DNA of 64,000 nt. It comes from Monocercomonoides exilis PA203 (taxonomy: Eukaryota > Protista > Preaxostyla). The notes below the pieces were generated by a model. It did not search any database, had not been told where the DNA came from, and saw nothing but the letters and a program-made list of their open reading frames with translations. The translations under genes were made by a program, and so were the position numbers. The stretch lies in assembly GCA_001643675.2 (NCBI GenBank), contig LSRY02000060.1, forward strand, positions 408,594-472,593, given 5' to 3'. Each line of letters begins with the position of its first letter. Within the stretch, counting starts at the first letter, position 1. Shown one piece after another: positions 42,201-56,363 of this stretch.

Positions 42201-43590
42201 CCAATGGAAGAAGTGTGCCCATGGACATATTCCAGACAACTCACCGGACTGGACCGTCAAATGTGCGGATGTATTTTTAACGATGAAGAATAGAGGATTC
42301 AAGGTTTCAGTTATACAGATGGTGAGAGCCGCTGAATTTTTTTACTCAGTTCTTGTTTTTAAAACCGTTTGGGGAGACATTGCAATCATTCGGATTCTGT
42401 TTCGTGTCTTTCGTTTAACAGACAAGTCGATGAAGAAACTTGCGCCTGACATTATGAATCCGAATGTTTTGTTAAAATACTACACTGAGTTAGGCACTAA
42501 CAATTTGTTATCTTTCAAAGAAGGAACAATGAAATTCATAACGTTGACAATGTTCTTCTCTGTTGCAGATTTTCAAAACTGGAGAGGATAAGCATGGAGG
42601 ACTCTCGGGAAGAAGAAGAGCGTGTCTATTTGGATGCAGCATTAAAGACATTACAAACACGATCAGAGATTGTAGTTCATTTTCTTCCGGAACTCCCATA
42701 AAAATGACCAGCTTCAACAATAAAAGAGTTGTATTTCCTGGTCAAACATAAGCAGAACAGCAACAAACTTGCACAATTCCACATCGTTCTAACCTCTAAC
42801 AGCATCCGGAATCCGTAAGCTGGCTTCGAAGGCAATGAAGCTTACAGGAGTTTTTCAGGGATTCAAGCCGTTCTCTTTTAAGGAAGCAACCTTGTCTCCA
42901 TTAACAATAGCAAGAATCCTTCCTTCACAGTTTGCCAAGTACGCAAGGGTTTTACAGAATATAAATACTTTTGTTTAGCACTATTTCAGGATAAATTTTG
43001 TATCGTTAATAACACGAGTTATTGTTGGAACAATGAAAGAACAAAAGTTTACTGACGAGGAGAACGAAGAATGTCCAAAAGCAAGTGTTGAAGATGAAGC
43101 AAAAAGAGAACAAGCCAATGAAAGAACTCTTTCAGAAGAGGAATTAAAGAGTGAAGAAGTGGATGCTTCCATGGAGAAGTTAGTGGAAGAGGTGAAAACG
43201 AAGACTGTCAGGAGGAAAAGGACAAAAGGAAAGAAGTTGCAAACTCTAGGAGACGATGATAGAACAAGAGATGAATTGAATGTTGAACAGAACAGACAAG
43301 AAGAAGAAAATGACATTTTCATTATTCGCACAAGGGCACAAGCCAAAAGAGAATCCAAGACATGTGATTTCCGCTCTTTCGATAGAAGTCCAAAGGGCAA
43401 AGCAACAACCACAAATTAAGTTTTTCTCTCAATGAGAAGAGAAGAAATTGAATGTTCGTTATTTTTTCTAATTAATAGACCTTATTTTGGTATCAAAGTG
43501 TTTTAAACATAAATTTACTAAACATCTTCGTCACATGCCTTCTGACGTGAACATTTTTTGAGTGAAGTGACGTGACGGAATAAATTACTT
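39230..43590 (+). mobile_element. DIRS-type tyrosine-recombinase retrotransposon, decayed
   Basis: RT (WRQILDCSYLN; VDSHLDDLILL at ~40760-40795), RNase H (LTTDAA..WG; HLPGRKN..SD*LSR), DIRS methyltransferase-like domain (41699-42001) and YR-like region (42060-43000) in canonical order. Termini are approximate. Confidence 0.85.
41699..42001 (+). pseudogene. DIRS adenine-methyltransferase-like domain
   Basis: PTFDAFA...N.K, DGLTVPW, HTPIPLIPKVIRK (degenerate xPP motif) and LLPSW...W. Confidence 0.75.
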
Positions 43591-46442
43591 CACTCATATT
43601 AAAAGTATTATTTTTTGACAAAAAAAGTCAACACAGGCAATTATTAAATTTTATTTACAATTAATTTTTGATAACTTTGGAATTTATTATTATTATAATC
43701 GATTTTTCAACTGTTCATTTTCAATTTTTTCATGAACATTGGGTTGAGTCGTGATCTTTTTTTGCGGTGTAAATACCGCGGCACTTTCGTTACTACCGGT
43801 CACTGTCGGAATTTAAGTCAAGAAAGCATTTGGAAATTATTATTTATTTGTTTATCATGGATGCCTCACATGTGTTTGCCTTTTCATTGGATAATCCGGA
43901 AATCGTTTGAGGATTGTTTTTAAATTTTTTATATTTTAAACAACAGTATTTTATTGATTTTAATCAAAATAGTGTGAGCAATAATAAGAAACTGTGGAGA
44001 TGTTAAACATACACAAGTGAAAGATGATCAAACTCGAAAAAGAAGAATACGGTGAATACACAAACTGTATTATTTAATTTATTTTTTCTTGAAATTTATC
44101 TATTTGAAATGCAATATTTTATCACATGTTATTTTCATCCAAAGCAGAAAGAATTGGTTATTTCCAAATCAACTCTTGACGTCGTTAATCGTATATTGTT
44201 TATTGCATTTGCTCCTTTGTTTAATGGTAGAACTTCGAAAAAGGATTTGAACAGACTTTTGATGTGTCCATGTCAAAAAGATTGTGTTGTTTGTGGATTG
44301 ATGTATTGTAAGGACTACTCTTTGATTTTTAATCACGAATGTGATCTAATTTTGAATAATCAGATCTCATTGTTATTTTCATAGAAGTCAAATTATTTAA
44401 TACGTTCGGTTAATTCGAAGCCAAGTTATAGCTCTTCTGTTTCAACATTGACAGAAGAACTTGCTCTTTCTTTTAACAACATTGTTGCTCATAGGAATAT
44501 CACTTTTCTTTCTGTTGAAATAAATTGCACAAAAGCTCTGAATATTGAGTTCTCAAACTCAAAACTTCAAAATTCATATGATCACATATCAACTCTTGAT
44601 TCGAATCCTCAAGAGAAAACAAAAGAATTTGAAGAACAATACGAAATCGATTATTTTGATGAACTATGTTTGTTTGGATTGATTCTAGCAGAAGAATAAG
44701 AAAAGGATGACGAATTTCAACATGAAAGCAATCAAGCGGATCTTGTCAATTGCAACTTGACAAGAAAAACTGCTCAGTGTGATGAAGTGTTGGATAGTTT
44801 GTTAATAGACATTACCAAAAAAAACACAATCTGAAGAAGATAATTCAAGAAATGCAAAAGAATCAGCGAACAATGAAGAAGACAATGAAAGTGAAAGCGA
44901 AAGCGATAGTGATGTGGATTTCATTTGCAATGATACTCGATTCAGAAGAATTGAAGTGTGCAATATTTATTTGATAAATAAAACATCGAAAACACTTTGG
45001 GATAACACATTTTTTGATTGGTGTGGAGAGATTGTGGCAAGTTTTTGAGTTTTATTTGATCACATGATGTTCGAAAGGCACAATAGAATTAAGTCTCAAT
45101 GCATGAAGTTTTTTCAAGAATTATCACTTATAAAAGAGAAAGATGAAGTCATTGAATAAAATGGTTACAATTTTTATTAAGATTAAAGTAATAACAGAGA
45201 AACATATTCAATATTTCCTAACATTGTTTTCAGCATAACAATATCTCCTTGCTGTGAATCATAATATGAGAGAATATTTTCAAATTGCTGTGTAATAATT
45301 GGAGATCATCACCACAATATTTCAGACAGAACACTCAATGCTCTTCTTCGTCTTTAATATCTCATGGAAATAAATTTTTTCAGTTTTGAATCTGTTGAAT
45401 CGATCATTTTGTTTGTCACTTATTTATTTTCTTTCCTTTATCTCTCGACCTTAATAAAAAGCTGAAATATAGAACAAATTATAAATGTTTTTGTATTGAC
45501 AGAAAATTGAAGTTAATTAACTGAATATTGAATGAGCTGAAGCAAAAAGAAAAGGCGAAATATGTGATTTGAGGAGAATAGTATCGAACCTACATGGAGA
45601 TGGAGCAGAGAATGCGTTTTTGGTGGGAGGCGGGGCGCTGGATGTGGAGGACAGTTGTATAGTGTTTAATTGTTTGGAGGCAGAGGTGGAAACAGAGTCA
45701 TGCGATGAAGAAGAGTTTTAACTTTTGCATGCCACAGGCTTGGAGCTGCTGGTTAGTAATACTTACGTCGTGCTGCAGAATGAAGCGAATATGCTTTCTG
45801 AGACAGTGAATAAGGTGGTTCAAATGACATGCAAGTTTGTGAGAGTGAATCCATTGAATATTGGAGAGCCTGAAAGCAGGGGAGGCGGAGCTATGGCAGC
45901 GGATCTTTGAGCTGCGAAGTGACTGAAGTTGAACAGCTAAGCAGTATCAGGATGAACAACTTCAGTGTGCTTGCGCTCGGAGTTTTGTGGGTGATGAGAG
46001 TTTATGTATGTGGGGAGAGCTCGGGGAGCACGGAAGTGGAGGTGAAGCTGTTGGGGTTCAGCAAGAACGAGACGCGGTGGTGGAAGAATACGTATGTGCG
46101 GGAAGTAAGTCTGGGGGCAGTGGCGAAAAAGGAGCGGATGCTGTTTGGGTGGGAGATGTGGATGGGAGATTAGGATTCTGTGGAAGAAGAAGAAGAAGTA
46201 CTTGCTGTTGATAAAGATTTTTTGAGCAAAGGGACCGAAGATGATCTGGCTCTGCCTTTTGATTGGAACAACTGAGCTGAGAGTCTTCAACGTCAGCTGC
46301 TGAACGGATGATGGAATGCTTTGTTATGCATTGTGTTTTTGGGATTCTCTTCAAATGATCATATGAATCTGTGTTTAAAGAATAAGCCTAAGAACTTGAT
46401 GAAGACAAAAAGGTTTGCATCTGAAGAAGATAACTGGAATTT

Positions 46443-47543
46443 TTAGAGGAATATCGAATAACATATGATTTGTGTGGCACACTGCACATGCTTCCCATCC
46501 ATCAATTCCATCACGCGCGACAGAAACGGGTCAAACGGAAGAACAGTCGCACATAGAAGCTGAATCTTGCAGCTGGTCACTTCTCTCGCAAACATTGAGG
46601 AGGTGAACGACTCTTCCGTCTTCTTCAGAGAGAACATCGTTGACTGTGCGCGATTCTGTGTCTGTGATTGTGAATTAGATTGTGATTGCGAATGAGAATG
46701 TGCCTGTCCCTCTGCTTTGCCTGGTGAAACAAACAATCTTCCTGTGCTAGCTTTTGTCAGCATTGCCAAGTGCTTCGAGGAAGCAGAAGATGGCAGAAGA
46801 CAATCGAGTCTGGCTGTGTTTCCATCTTCATCTGCAAAAAGAGGATAATCGGTGATTCTATTGTTTCTATCACTTCTGCTTCTTCCATTGCTGCTGCTGT
46901 TGTTGTCTTCACCAAGCAGAGAAAGCGAAGAAAGAGCAGCCTTCATAGACCAGAGAAGCGATGTCACTCCTCTCAACATTTTCACATCATTTGATGGGAG
47001 ACACGGATAAAGCAAGGCAGCCGTGGTACGCGACGACTGCAGAACAAGAGGCCTTTCACGGAGTACTGAACGGCTTTTGGATGAGGATGAGGATAAAGAA
47101 GAATGCGACATTGAAAGAAAATGTGAAGCAGCACACTATTCTGTTAAAGAAGAAGAAGAAGAAAGTGAAGCGAATGCATTTGATATGCTTCTGATAGATG
47201 CTGGCTGTGTTGATAGATGTGAAGGCGGTTTTTGAGTGTTGGTGAAATGAATTGACTCAGAAAAGGAATTTTCAATGAAAAATTTCATTTCCTTTTTATT
47301 CTCATTCTTTCTACCTTCTCCTTCCTCTTTTTTCTTCTTCCCAGATCTATTCTCACTCTCTCTATTTCTATTCTCTTCCTCTTCTCCCTCTTCTCCCTCT
47401 TCTGCTTCTTCTGCTTCTTCTCCAAATCTGCTATTTTCTCTGTTTTCCATTTCACTAAGCAAAATCAAGTCATCTTTATTTTCTTTTTCCTCTTCCTCAT
47501 CATCATAATATCCTTCTCCTCTTCTTTCTTCATCAAAATTCAA
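46443..47543 (-). CDS. Hypothetical protein, 3' part (Glu/Ser-rich)
   Basis: ORFs 47136-47543 and 46443-47111 are in line on the same strand. No domain recognised. Confidence 0.35.
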
Positions 47544-49904
47544 ATTTCTTTCTCAATCTCCATTCCCAAGCTCCATTTCTCCTCCTCCTCCTCCTCCTCC
47601 TCCACTTCTTCTTCTTCCTCTTCTTCCTCCTTCTTCACTCATCCTCTTCTCTTCCTTCCTATTCTTCCCCTTCTTCCCCTTCTTCCCCTTCCCTTTCTAT
47701 TTCCCTCTCTCCTCTTTCCTCTGCCCATGGTCTGTCCGTGAAGGCGCTGAAGGAACAAAATCACGCTGCGGAAGAGGAGGCGGAGGAGGAACGTAATTCA
47801 CACCAGAAACAGGAGCAGTGGTGTCGTTGGAGAGGTGGAGAGGGCTGAGTGCAGTAGGGATGCGCTGAGTGTAGCTGGGGATGAGGAGAAGGAGAAGGAG
47901 GAGAAGGAGAAGGTGAGGAGAGGAGGAGAAGGTGAGGAGAGGAGGAGAAGAGGAAGAGGAAAAGGAAAAGGAGATGAAAAGATAGAGAAGAGAAGAGAAG
48001 AAGAGAAAAGAGAAAGATGAGAAGATGAGAAGATGAGAAGAGAAATAGAAATATTGAAGAAAATACTATAATAGAGGAGAGAAATCAACAGAACATTGTG
48101 AAGGAAAGCGTTATGCATTGAAACTTTCATTAATAAATAAACTCACACACACGTTTTTTTGAAGCAACACAAATACGAAGAAATGGAAATAAATTGGTCA
48201 AAGAGAGAAAGAAAAAAAAGAATTATATATAATTACATATAAACAAAGAGAAAGAGAAAGAGAAAGAGAGAAGGAGAAAATAAATATGACATGGATTAGT
48301 TAAAAAAAGAAATAGAGAAAGACGATTAATTTGACACAAACGTGTTGCTGTTGCTTTCTCGAAAGCAGTCTTTGTTGAGCAGCCGATACACTTTGCTCCA
48401 TACTCAATGGCTCTGCTATCAGCTCTTCTATTTCCTTTGATAAACTGGATGCAACTTCTTCTAAATGCTGAAGGAGAAAGAAGAAGAAGAAGAAGAAGAA
48501 GAAAAAGAAGAAGAGGAAGAAGAAGAAGAAGAGGAAGAAGAAGAAAAAGAAGAAGAAGAAGAGAAAGAAAAGACTGCAAAAGATGAAGATAAAGATAAAG
48601 ATAAATTCAAATTAAAAAAGGGATGAAGAAAATCAAAAATGTCATGCGAATAGCTGTGACGTTCACTAACTTTTTATTTGTTCAAAGAAAAAACTATCAC
48701 AAAGGAGAAGGGTAACGGAAAAATGAAAAAAAAAAAAACAAATAAAAAACTTAATAGACTTAAATTGAAATGAACTTTTAATTCAGATCAGATTGTTTTT
48801 AAACATTTTCATAAAAGAATTTTTTTATTCATATTCATTGAAATTAATTCTCTCAAGTCAATTTATTTCCGAACAACATATCAAACAAATATTTATTTGT
48901 GAAAATAAACAATCGTAAAATAAAAAGGAAAGAATTTTCTTTAACGAATTGCAAAAAAATGCAAAATAAAAATTTAGATAATTTTTGACGATCAGAAATA
49001 ACTTGTTAAACATGAAAAATCACTTAGATTTTAAGCCTTTGAAAAATGATTAATTATAAAAATGTGAAAATGAAAACATAACTTCAAAAACATTGATAAA
49101 CGAATTGAAGAATATTGATATTCATTTGCATTGAATTATATGGCTTCTGTCAAAGCGTTAATAGAAATTTAATAAAATAAGATTAAATTAAGGTTTGTTT
49201 GAAGAAAATCAATCTTTCTGAACAATCAAATATGTTTCAAATATTAGGTGATTATTTGTGTTCAATAAATAATTAATATCAATAAGTTTGTTTTTGTCAA
49301 AAAAAAAAAAAAAAAAAAAAAAAAACGGTGTCGGGCACTAACTGATGCGAGCCCACTTTTTAAAAGGTGACTCAGATGTTTAAAATTTACAATCAACAAT
49401 TATATATATGGGTCATTCTTTTTGAAAAGTCACCACAGATCAATAATTTGACCCATGAAAGTTTAACAATAAACTTTCCTTCACAATTATACTGGGGAAA
49501 AATAAAAATTTCACAATAATGTGTGCTAGTTCGAAACAAACATCTTTACAAGAAAAACGATTTGGATCAAAAAACAATATATTCAATATTTTGAAAATAG
49601 TGAAAATATCAGTTTTTCAATGTGAAAAGGGTTTTATTGCTTGAACTATTTAGCAATTGTTGATCCATAAATGTTCAAGGGTTTTACCGATTTAATTTCA
49701 TCAAAAAATTGAGATTCGTTGATAAATAAAATTCTTATTTGATTGAAATTTTTCATTGCACAGAATGTGCCTGGAATTTTAATAGATGCATAGTTTTCTT
49801 CCACAAGTTTGATAAAGATGAAAAACATACATATCAAAATGTTTTCATTCAGCTTTTATTTGAATGTTTTATTTATTAATTCAAATAAAATTATTCATTT
49901 TTAG

Positions 49905-50761
49905 CTTGGCAAATTCGCAGTACTAACAGAGAACATGACAAGAAAGAAATGGTAATCTGGGGAGTCACAACAGAATTGTTTGTTGGGGAAGAAGAACTTC
50001 TGCTGAGGGTTATGAGATACCAGAACGAGACGATATTTGTGTCTTCTGTTTCTGAAAATCACACAGACAGCAAGCAATGTGGAGAATTCAATGCGCCATG
50101 CCACTCATTGAATGTGGGAGTTTAGCACATCATTCCATCACGTTATTCGCAACTGCTGATATCAGAGGAGACGATCATCAATAGGGAATGTGATGTACAT
50201 GATGTGATCATCCGCTCACTAGAATCTCCCTCAGTTGCTTTGGTTCATCTGAACTCCACAATAACCAACGAGGGAAGTCTTATCACAACCTCAGAGAAAG
50301 TTCGTATCGAAAGTGTTAAGTTTTCCTTTGGCAAATTGTTTTCTTATTCTGGAAGTTCTATCATTCATGAAGCAAATGGACAGCTTTCTCTTTCAATTGT
50401 TGATTTCTCTTTAGTTGTGGAGTCAAACAGCATTCCATCTGTTACTCTCAATTCAACATTATTGAGCATCGAAAATGGAATTATGCATGTTAACAACTGC
50501 TCAATATCAATGATTTCATTCAAGAAACCTTCATTTCTGCTAAATGGAGATGAGATTAACATCACAAATTTCAAACTGGAACAGATTGAATCAACGTCAA
50601 ATGTATTTGAGATTGGTCATTGCAAAGAAGTTGCATTTAATTGTGTTGTGGCTGATGAAGTGAAGCTGTCTGATTGCTGTATCATTTCCATGAACGAAAA
50701 AACTTCAGGAGCAACCTCTTTTGTTAATTCATCATTCAACAACTGTTCGAGGAATTCGTAA
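49905..50761 (+). pseudogene. Surface-protein family fragment
   Basis: IFVSSVSENHTDSKQCGEFNAPCHSLNVGV*HII (cf. DSVQCGRQDAPCESISNGVQHI) continues into ORF 50204-50761. Confidence 0.65.
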
Positions 50762-50963
50762 GGAGCTTCTTTTCTAATATTGTCTTTTCCTCCTATTCTT
50801 CCTCTTCCTCTTCCTCTTCTTCTTCCTCTTCCTCCTCTTCCATTTCTTCCTCTTCCTCCTCTTCTTCTTACTCTTCTCCTTCTCCTCTTTCTTCTCCTTC
50901 TGATTCATTATGCATTCCAATTTTAGACCTTTTCATATCTATTTGTTCAAAACAACATTTCCC

Positions 50964-51130
50964 TTCTTCTTCTTCTTCTTCTTCACCTTCTTCACCTTCT
51001 TCACCTTCTTCACCTTCTTCACCTTCTTCACCTTCTTCACCTTCTTCACCTTCTTCACCTTCTTCACCTTCTTCACCTTCTTCACCTTCTTCACCTTCTT
51101 CACCTTCTTCACCTTCTTCACCTTCTTCAC
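50964..51130. repeat. (TTC)n followed by a 9-bp tandem repeat (TTCACCTTC)n
   Basis: Directly visible. Confidence 0.95.
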
Positions 51131-51377
51131 TATTATTTGCTCAGAAATAAGCAAAAAGAAAACAAAACATTTTCAATGTTGACTACATATTTGTTAATTT
51201 CAAAGAATTTTTTGAAAGAAATTTGTTGTAAAAAGAAACAGGAAATGGTTGGAAAATGAGGTTAGTAGATAAAGCAAAATCAAATTTTGAAGAAAAATTG
51301 AGAATACAAAAATCGATTAATAAAGAATAAAAGAGAAAAAGGAGAAAGAAGGTTTAGAGGAAAAAGAAGAATACGAT

Positions 51378-54300
51378 ATGGATAATGTCAATACCAATGA
51401 AGAATTTGGTAAGGCTTCGCTATTAACTTCCTCAGCTTCTCCATCGTCTGCAGAAACTGCACCACTCATCGCCCATCCTCTAGAGAAAGACCAAAGAAGG
51501 AAACTATTTTTGAGTTGTTCATTCACAGCTTCAGTTCCAACAGCACTCCTGGCAGCCGCACAATGTGGAACAACGTCTACCGCCCTTCTTTCTTCTCTTT
51601 CACCAACAGAACAATCTACACATGTAGCTTCAGCACAAACCATTCCCACGTCACCTTCGATACTGTGTTTAACTCCTACTCCAAATTGACCGACTCCATC
51701 TTGCTGCCTTCACAATCACATAATTCAAAGACTGCTCAAAAGGCTGTAAATTGTCAGCTTCGTCGCAAACATCCGGAAGCTGCTTCTTCCCTGAAGTTAT
51801 TCAGTAAAAACGATGGAAACACAGATAATTCGGAAAATTTCTCTACCGACTTTATTCCCTCAAACAACAAAAAAACACTTTCATCTTTTCTCTTACACCC
51901 CTTCTAACACCATTCAATTACCAGGAAAACTCCAATTCACCTCAAGTTTACTCTTTCCGCACAAATTTCTCAAACAGTTCCATCTCTGCAAAGTCCTTCT
52001 GGAACAGTTCTTCCCCATACATCCCCACCCACATCATCGCCTAGTTATTCTTCTGCACCGCTTGCTTCTCCCCCAGCCACATGTACGCAAAGTCCCCAAA
52101 CTCCTGCCTCTGCACGCCCACCCCCATTCAAAGATCTGCTGAAATAATGTTTCCGCATCACCCACGGATCCTCGACAGCTTCCGAATTAGCTACGACTGC
52201 AGCCCTGTCTCCAGCGGTATCGGCGACTGCTGCATCAGCACATGCAACCGCTGCGAGTGTGGAACCCGAAGCACATGTGCTGATTAAAACGTTTCTTGTT
52301 CCAGCGACCCAGACACTGCACTCATCTATAACTCCCTCGCCATCGACACCGCCTACAAAGGCACCCCATTTGCCCCAGACAGCCCAACCCCCGTTCCACC
52401 ACGCGAAGTCACTGGACACTCCAACTCTTCCCGGTCTCGGCTGTCTGTCGTCTGCTCAAGAAGCATGTACAGCCACTGCACAACAGTCGCCTTCCCTGCC
52501 CCTGCCCCTGCCTCTGCCCCAGCTGGGATCCAGTCCTCCAGCTCTCTCTTCGGATTGTTGTGCAGCGACAGCTGAATCCCATACAGCGCGCTTGCATCTT
52601 TTTCTTCTGCCTTTTCCACCTCCTCTGCCTCCTCGTATTCTCCCCCTCCGCTTCTGCTCCTCCTCCTCCTCCTCCCCGCCCCATCCCTCCCTCTCCCCCC
52701 TTTCTGCTCTGTCCTTTCTTCTCTGCTCTCTCCAAAGTCCACTTGCACCACATTCTCTTCTAGCTTCTTCACTGAACCAGGCATTCATAAAGCAATATCT
52801 TCATTCGAAGCTTAAATATTCATCTACTCCTGCTTCTTTTGAGCAACAGACATCTGCTGCTTTGCAATCACCTCATTGAACAGTCCCTTCTTCTCGCATA
52901 TAGTCTTTATGTGCACATTCAACAGCGCAATCAGCATCTTCGTTTCCTTTTCCATCTTGTTCATCTTCGACCGCACTGTTGCATCCACTCCTCCTTCATA
53001 GCCAATACAAACACCACCACCACCATTTGTCCCAACGCCTTTCTTCTCTGATCTCTTACTAATCCCAGATCTCGTTCCCTTACTTCTACCACCTCATACA
53101 CTATCGTTGTTTGCTTTACTCACAATACTCACTCCGCTCCTCGCTTTTGCAACAACCCCTTCCTGCTCGGGTCTGGCCCAACTACCACAATGCTGCCATC
53201 CCCGATGCTCGCTGCAAACTTCTCCTGGCACTTTTCACACAGCCCCGACGGAAGGATCAACGAAGCCTTAGACAGAATTATTTGTCCACATGCATACATT
53301 AATAAAGAAAACGTAGAAAGGGAAACTTCAATTTCCTGCATCGACCCCTTGCTGTTCCAACTCACCACAACGACCTGCTGTGCGCATCGATTCTTCACTT
53401 CTCAATCCTCATATAAATCAGTTCCACCTTCTCCTTCATCGTCACCAGATGCTCCTTCACCTCCTTCACCTCTGAGTTGTGCTTCTCGCTCAGCTCCAGA
53501 ATCTTTCCGATTCATCCAGATGATATTGGCCTTCTCCTTCATCTGCTCTGTCAGCCAGCTCATCTGATTTGCCTTTTTTCCTTTTTAAACTTCTTCTTCT
53601 TCTTCTTTTCTTTCATCCAGCAAATGCAGCACTATCACTGCAGGCGACAGAACCACATCTTCCATCCTTCATCCTTCATCCTCTTCACCACACCCTCCAC
53701 GTCTTCTACACAATCTCTCACACTTGGCGCACTTCAACCATTCCCCTCCTCATTTTGCTCTCCAGCTTCGTCGCTCCCATTCTTCGATTGCTTCTATCGG
53801 TTCTACAGCCATTCAATGGCCAATGAAGCCAGCGATGGATCAGGCGGATTGCAGATTGGCAGGAACGCAACCACATCAACCGCTGTTAATAACTGCTTCT
53901 TCGACGAATTCTTTCTCGGCAAGTCCTCAAGAAACGGGAGAAGAGCAAGAAGTGGAATGGAAAGCATCACGCATTGAGCGGACACAGCACGTTCTGTTCA
54001 GCAGAGCGCAGCAAGCCAACATTGAAACCTCGCGGCATGTGCAACATCCACAGCAACAGGAGCAGCGACAGCTTCATAACCATGCAGCTTTCGCAGCTCA
54101 GCTGCTTTCTTCACAACTATCCGTAGCCACCTCTCAATTTCGTTCGTCGCTGCTGCCGACATGTATGACGCCTCCACTGACGATGCATCCGAAGGAACAA
54201 CCGCAGGCGCTGATGACGAAGGCAAAGATGAAGATGATTTATCATCTCCTGCAGCTTTCTTCTCCTTGTTTCTCCTTCTCCAGAATGGAGAAACTGACTG

Positions 54301-54461
54301 GAGAGCTGCTCCAGTTTAATAAGATAAAGAATTTTAATGGCGATGAGAAAAGAGGCAACTGCATCGTTGCACTTCCCACAAAAGGCTTTTTGATACAACT
54401 CATCACACAAAATTGCAGCGCCTTTTGTGTCACAAGCGCAAAGTCCATGTTCAAATTATAA
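51378..54461 (+). pseudogene. Ser/Pro/Ala-rich hypothetical host gene, fragmented
   Basis: GC-richer block with overlapping + strand ORFs of consistent low-complexity composition and many frame breaks. Confidence 0.35.
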
Positions 54462-55324
54462 ATTTCAATCATCGCCGAAATCTCATCTATTTTGATTTGA
54501 TGGAAAAGAAGGAACAGAATTTCTTTTGGAAGGGAATTGAAATGAGAACAAAAAGATAAGCAAAAAAGAAAATGAAAAGTTGAAAACTATTTAAGATATG
54601 ATTCATGATTTGATTCAAAACATGGGATACCATTTCAATTAAGAATTTCATATATAAGTACATTTAATTTTGAGAAATTTCATGTTATTCTACATTTATT
54701 TTTTATAACATTTTCAATTGATCAATATTAACAACTTTTTGAATTTCTTTTAATTTCAATGAGGACGGCATCGATGAAATTTTCCTGTTTAAAAATTTTT
54801 TTTCAAAATACTCAAATTAAAGCAAATTAAAATCTATTTGTTTTATAAAATAGGAAAAGAATAATTGTGGAGTCAAAATTCAAAAAATTCAAATGTTTAT
54901 ATGAACAGTTGAAATGAAAACAAAGAAATATGAACAAATTATTAAGTTGCTACAAAATACAAGAAAAACAAAATTTAATAATATTGATATGATTTGACAG
55001 TGAAAATAATATGTGAAATCAGTTTTTGAAACGTAATATTCGGGGATATGGTGACAAAACTGAAAAGATTAATACTCAGCAATATATGATGGTAAAGAAT
55101 GATCGACATTTAATGATCATTTTTGATCTTAATTTCAGATCAGTTAAATGTTTGCGACTTTTCATAAAAGAATGACCCATATTTGATAAAAATCTTGTTA
55201 TGCTTTTATATTTTTTCAATGTGAGTTTTCGAAAATTGTGTGCGTTCATTTTATTTTTAAAGTTTTCAACAGATCTTATTTTATTCTTTTTCAAGAACGT
55301 TGTTTTACAGTTTATACCTAAAGA

Positions 55325-55569
55325 TATGAGTAATTTATTTCGAAAAGTCGCAAATGTTTAATTTTTATATTAAACAAAAATTTCATATTTTGATCAAATT
55401 TCTGTTCCTGCTCACGAATCTTCTTAAGAAAGTATGAAATAGCATTATCAAGAAATAGATTACATATTTATGAAGTTTGGTGTATGTCAACAATATTTTG
55501 AGAAAAATTAGAAAATTTTTATTTATTTGAAAATTTAACATTTGCGACTTTTCAAAAGAATTACCCATA
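55325..55569. mobile_element. MITE family A, diverged copy
   Basis: Ends tatgagtaatttatttcgaaaagtcgcaaatg and catttgcgacttttcaaaagaattacccata. The interior aligns with 14354-14597. Confidence 0.85.
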
Positions 55570-56089
55570 AAAAAGAAATAATAAAAAAAAATAAAATAAA
55601 AAATCAACCTTATAGTTGTAATTTTTAAAAAAATTATTCTTCATCATTAAACCGTTCAATTTACATTAATGTTAATTTTTGTGACACGGAAAAATCTATC
55701 ACGTCCGTTAAAAGTCAAAAAGTTCACATCAGAAGTCAGCACGCCACCCCAGGCTATTTAAAAGTGCACTCTGTAATTAGAAATTTCAGATCCCAAAAAA
55801 GAGTGCTTTATTAATTATTGTTTCGAAATGTTTTGAGCATTATTCATTAAAACAAAAGTGTTCAATGTTTTGTAACATTTCACACAATAAATTAATAATG
55901 CAAAAAATAATAATGCACAAAAATTATTACTTTCCTTGTTTTGTTTCGGAACATGATGATTTTTGTTTCAATAAAAAATTTAATTTATTTTTGGAAAATA
56001 ATGATTTCAAAAAAGTTCTACATTAAAGAAAACTACAACGTTCGTATATGTGATAAAAGGAATGATTAAAATGAAATTATACAAACAGA

Positions 56090-56132
56090 CAGACTGACTG
56101 ACTGACTGACAAAGAGAAAGAGAAAGAGAGAT

Positions 56133-56224
<92 letters not shown>

Positions 56225-56234
56225 GAGAGAGAGA
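56090..56234. repeat. (GATA)n microsatellite with flanking (GACT)n and GA-rich repeats
   Basis: Directly visible. Confidence 0.95.
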
Positions 56235-56363
56235 AAACAGGAGTGATAATTGTTAAACAAAACAAGAAATGAATCTTATTTTTATTGTGTGATTTCTAAA
56301 GAAATTATTAACAATATTATATATATATAATGATAAGGACAAATCAATCGAAATCCTCAATTT

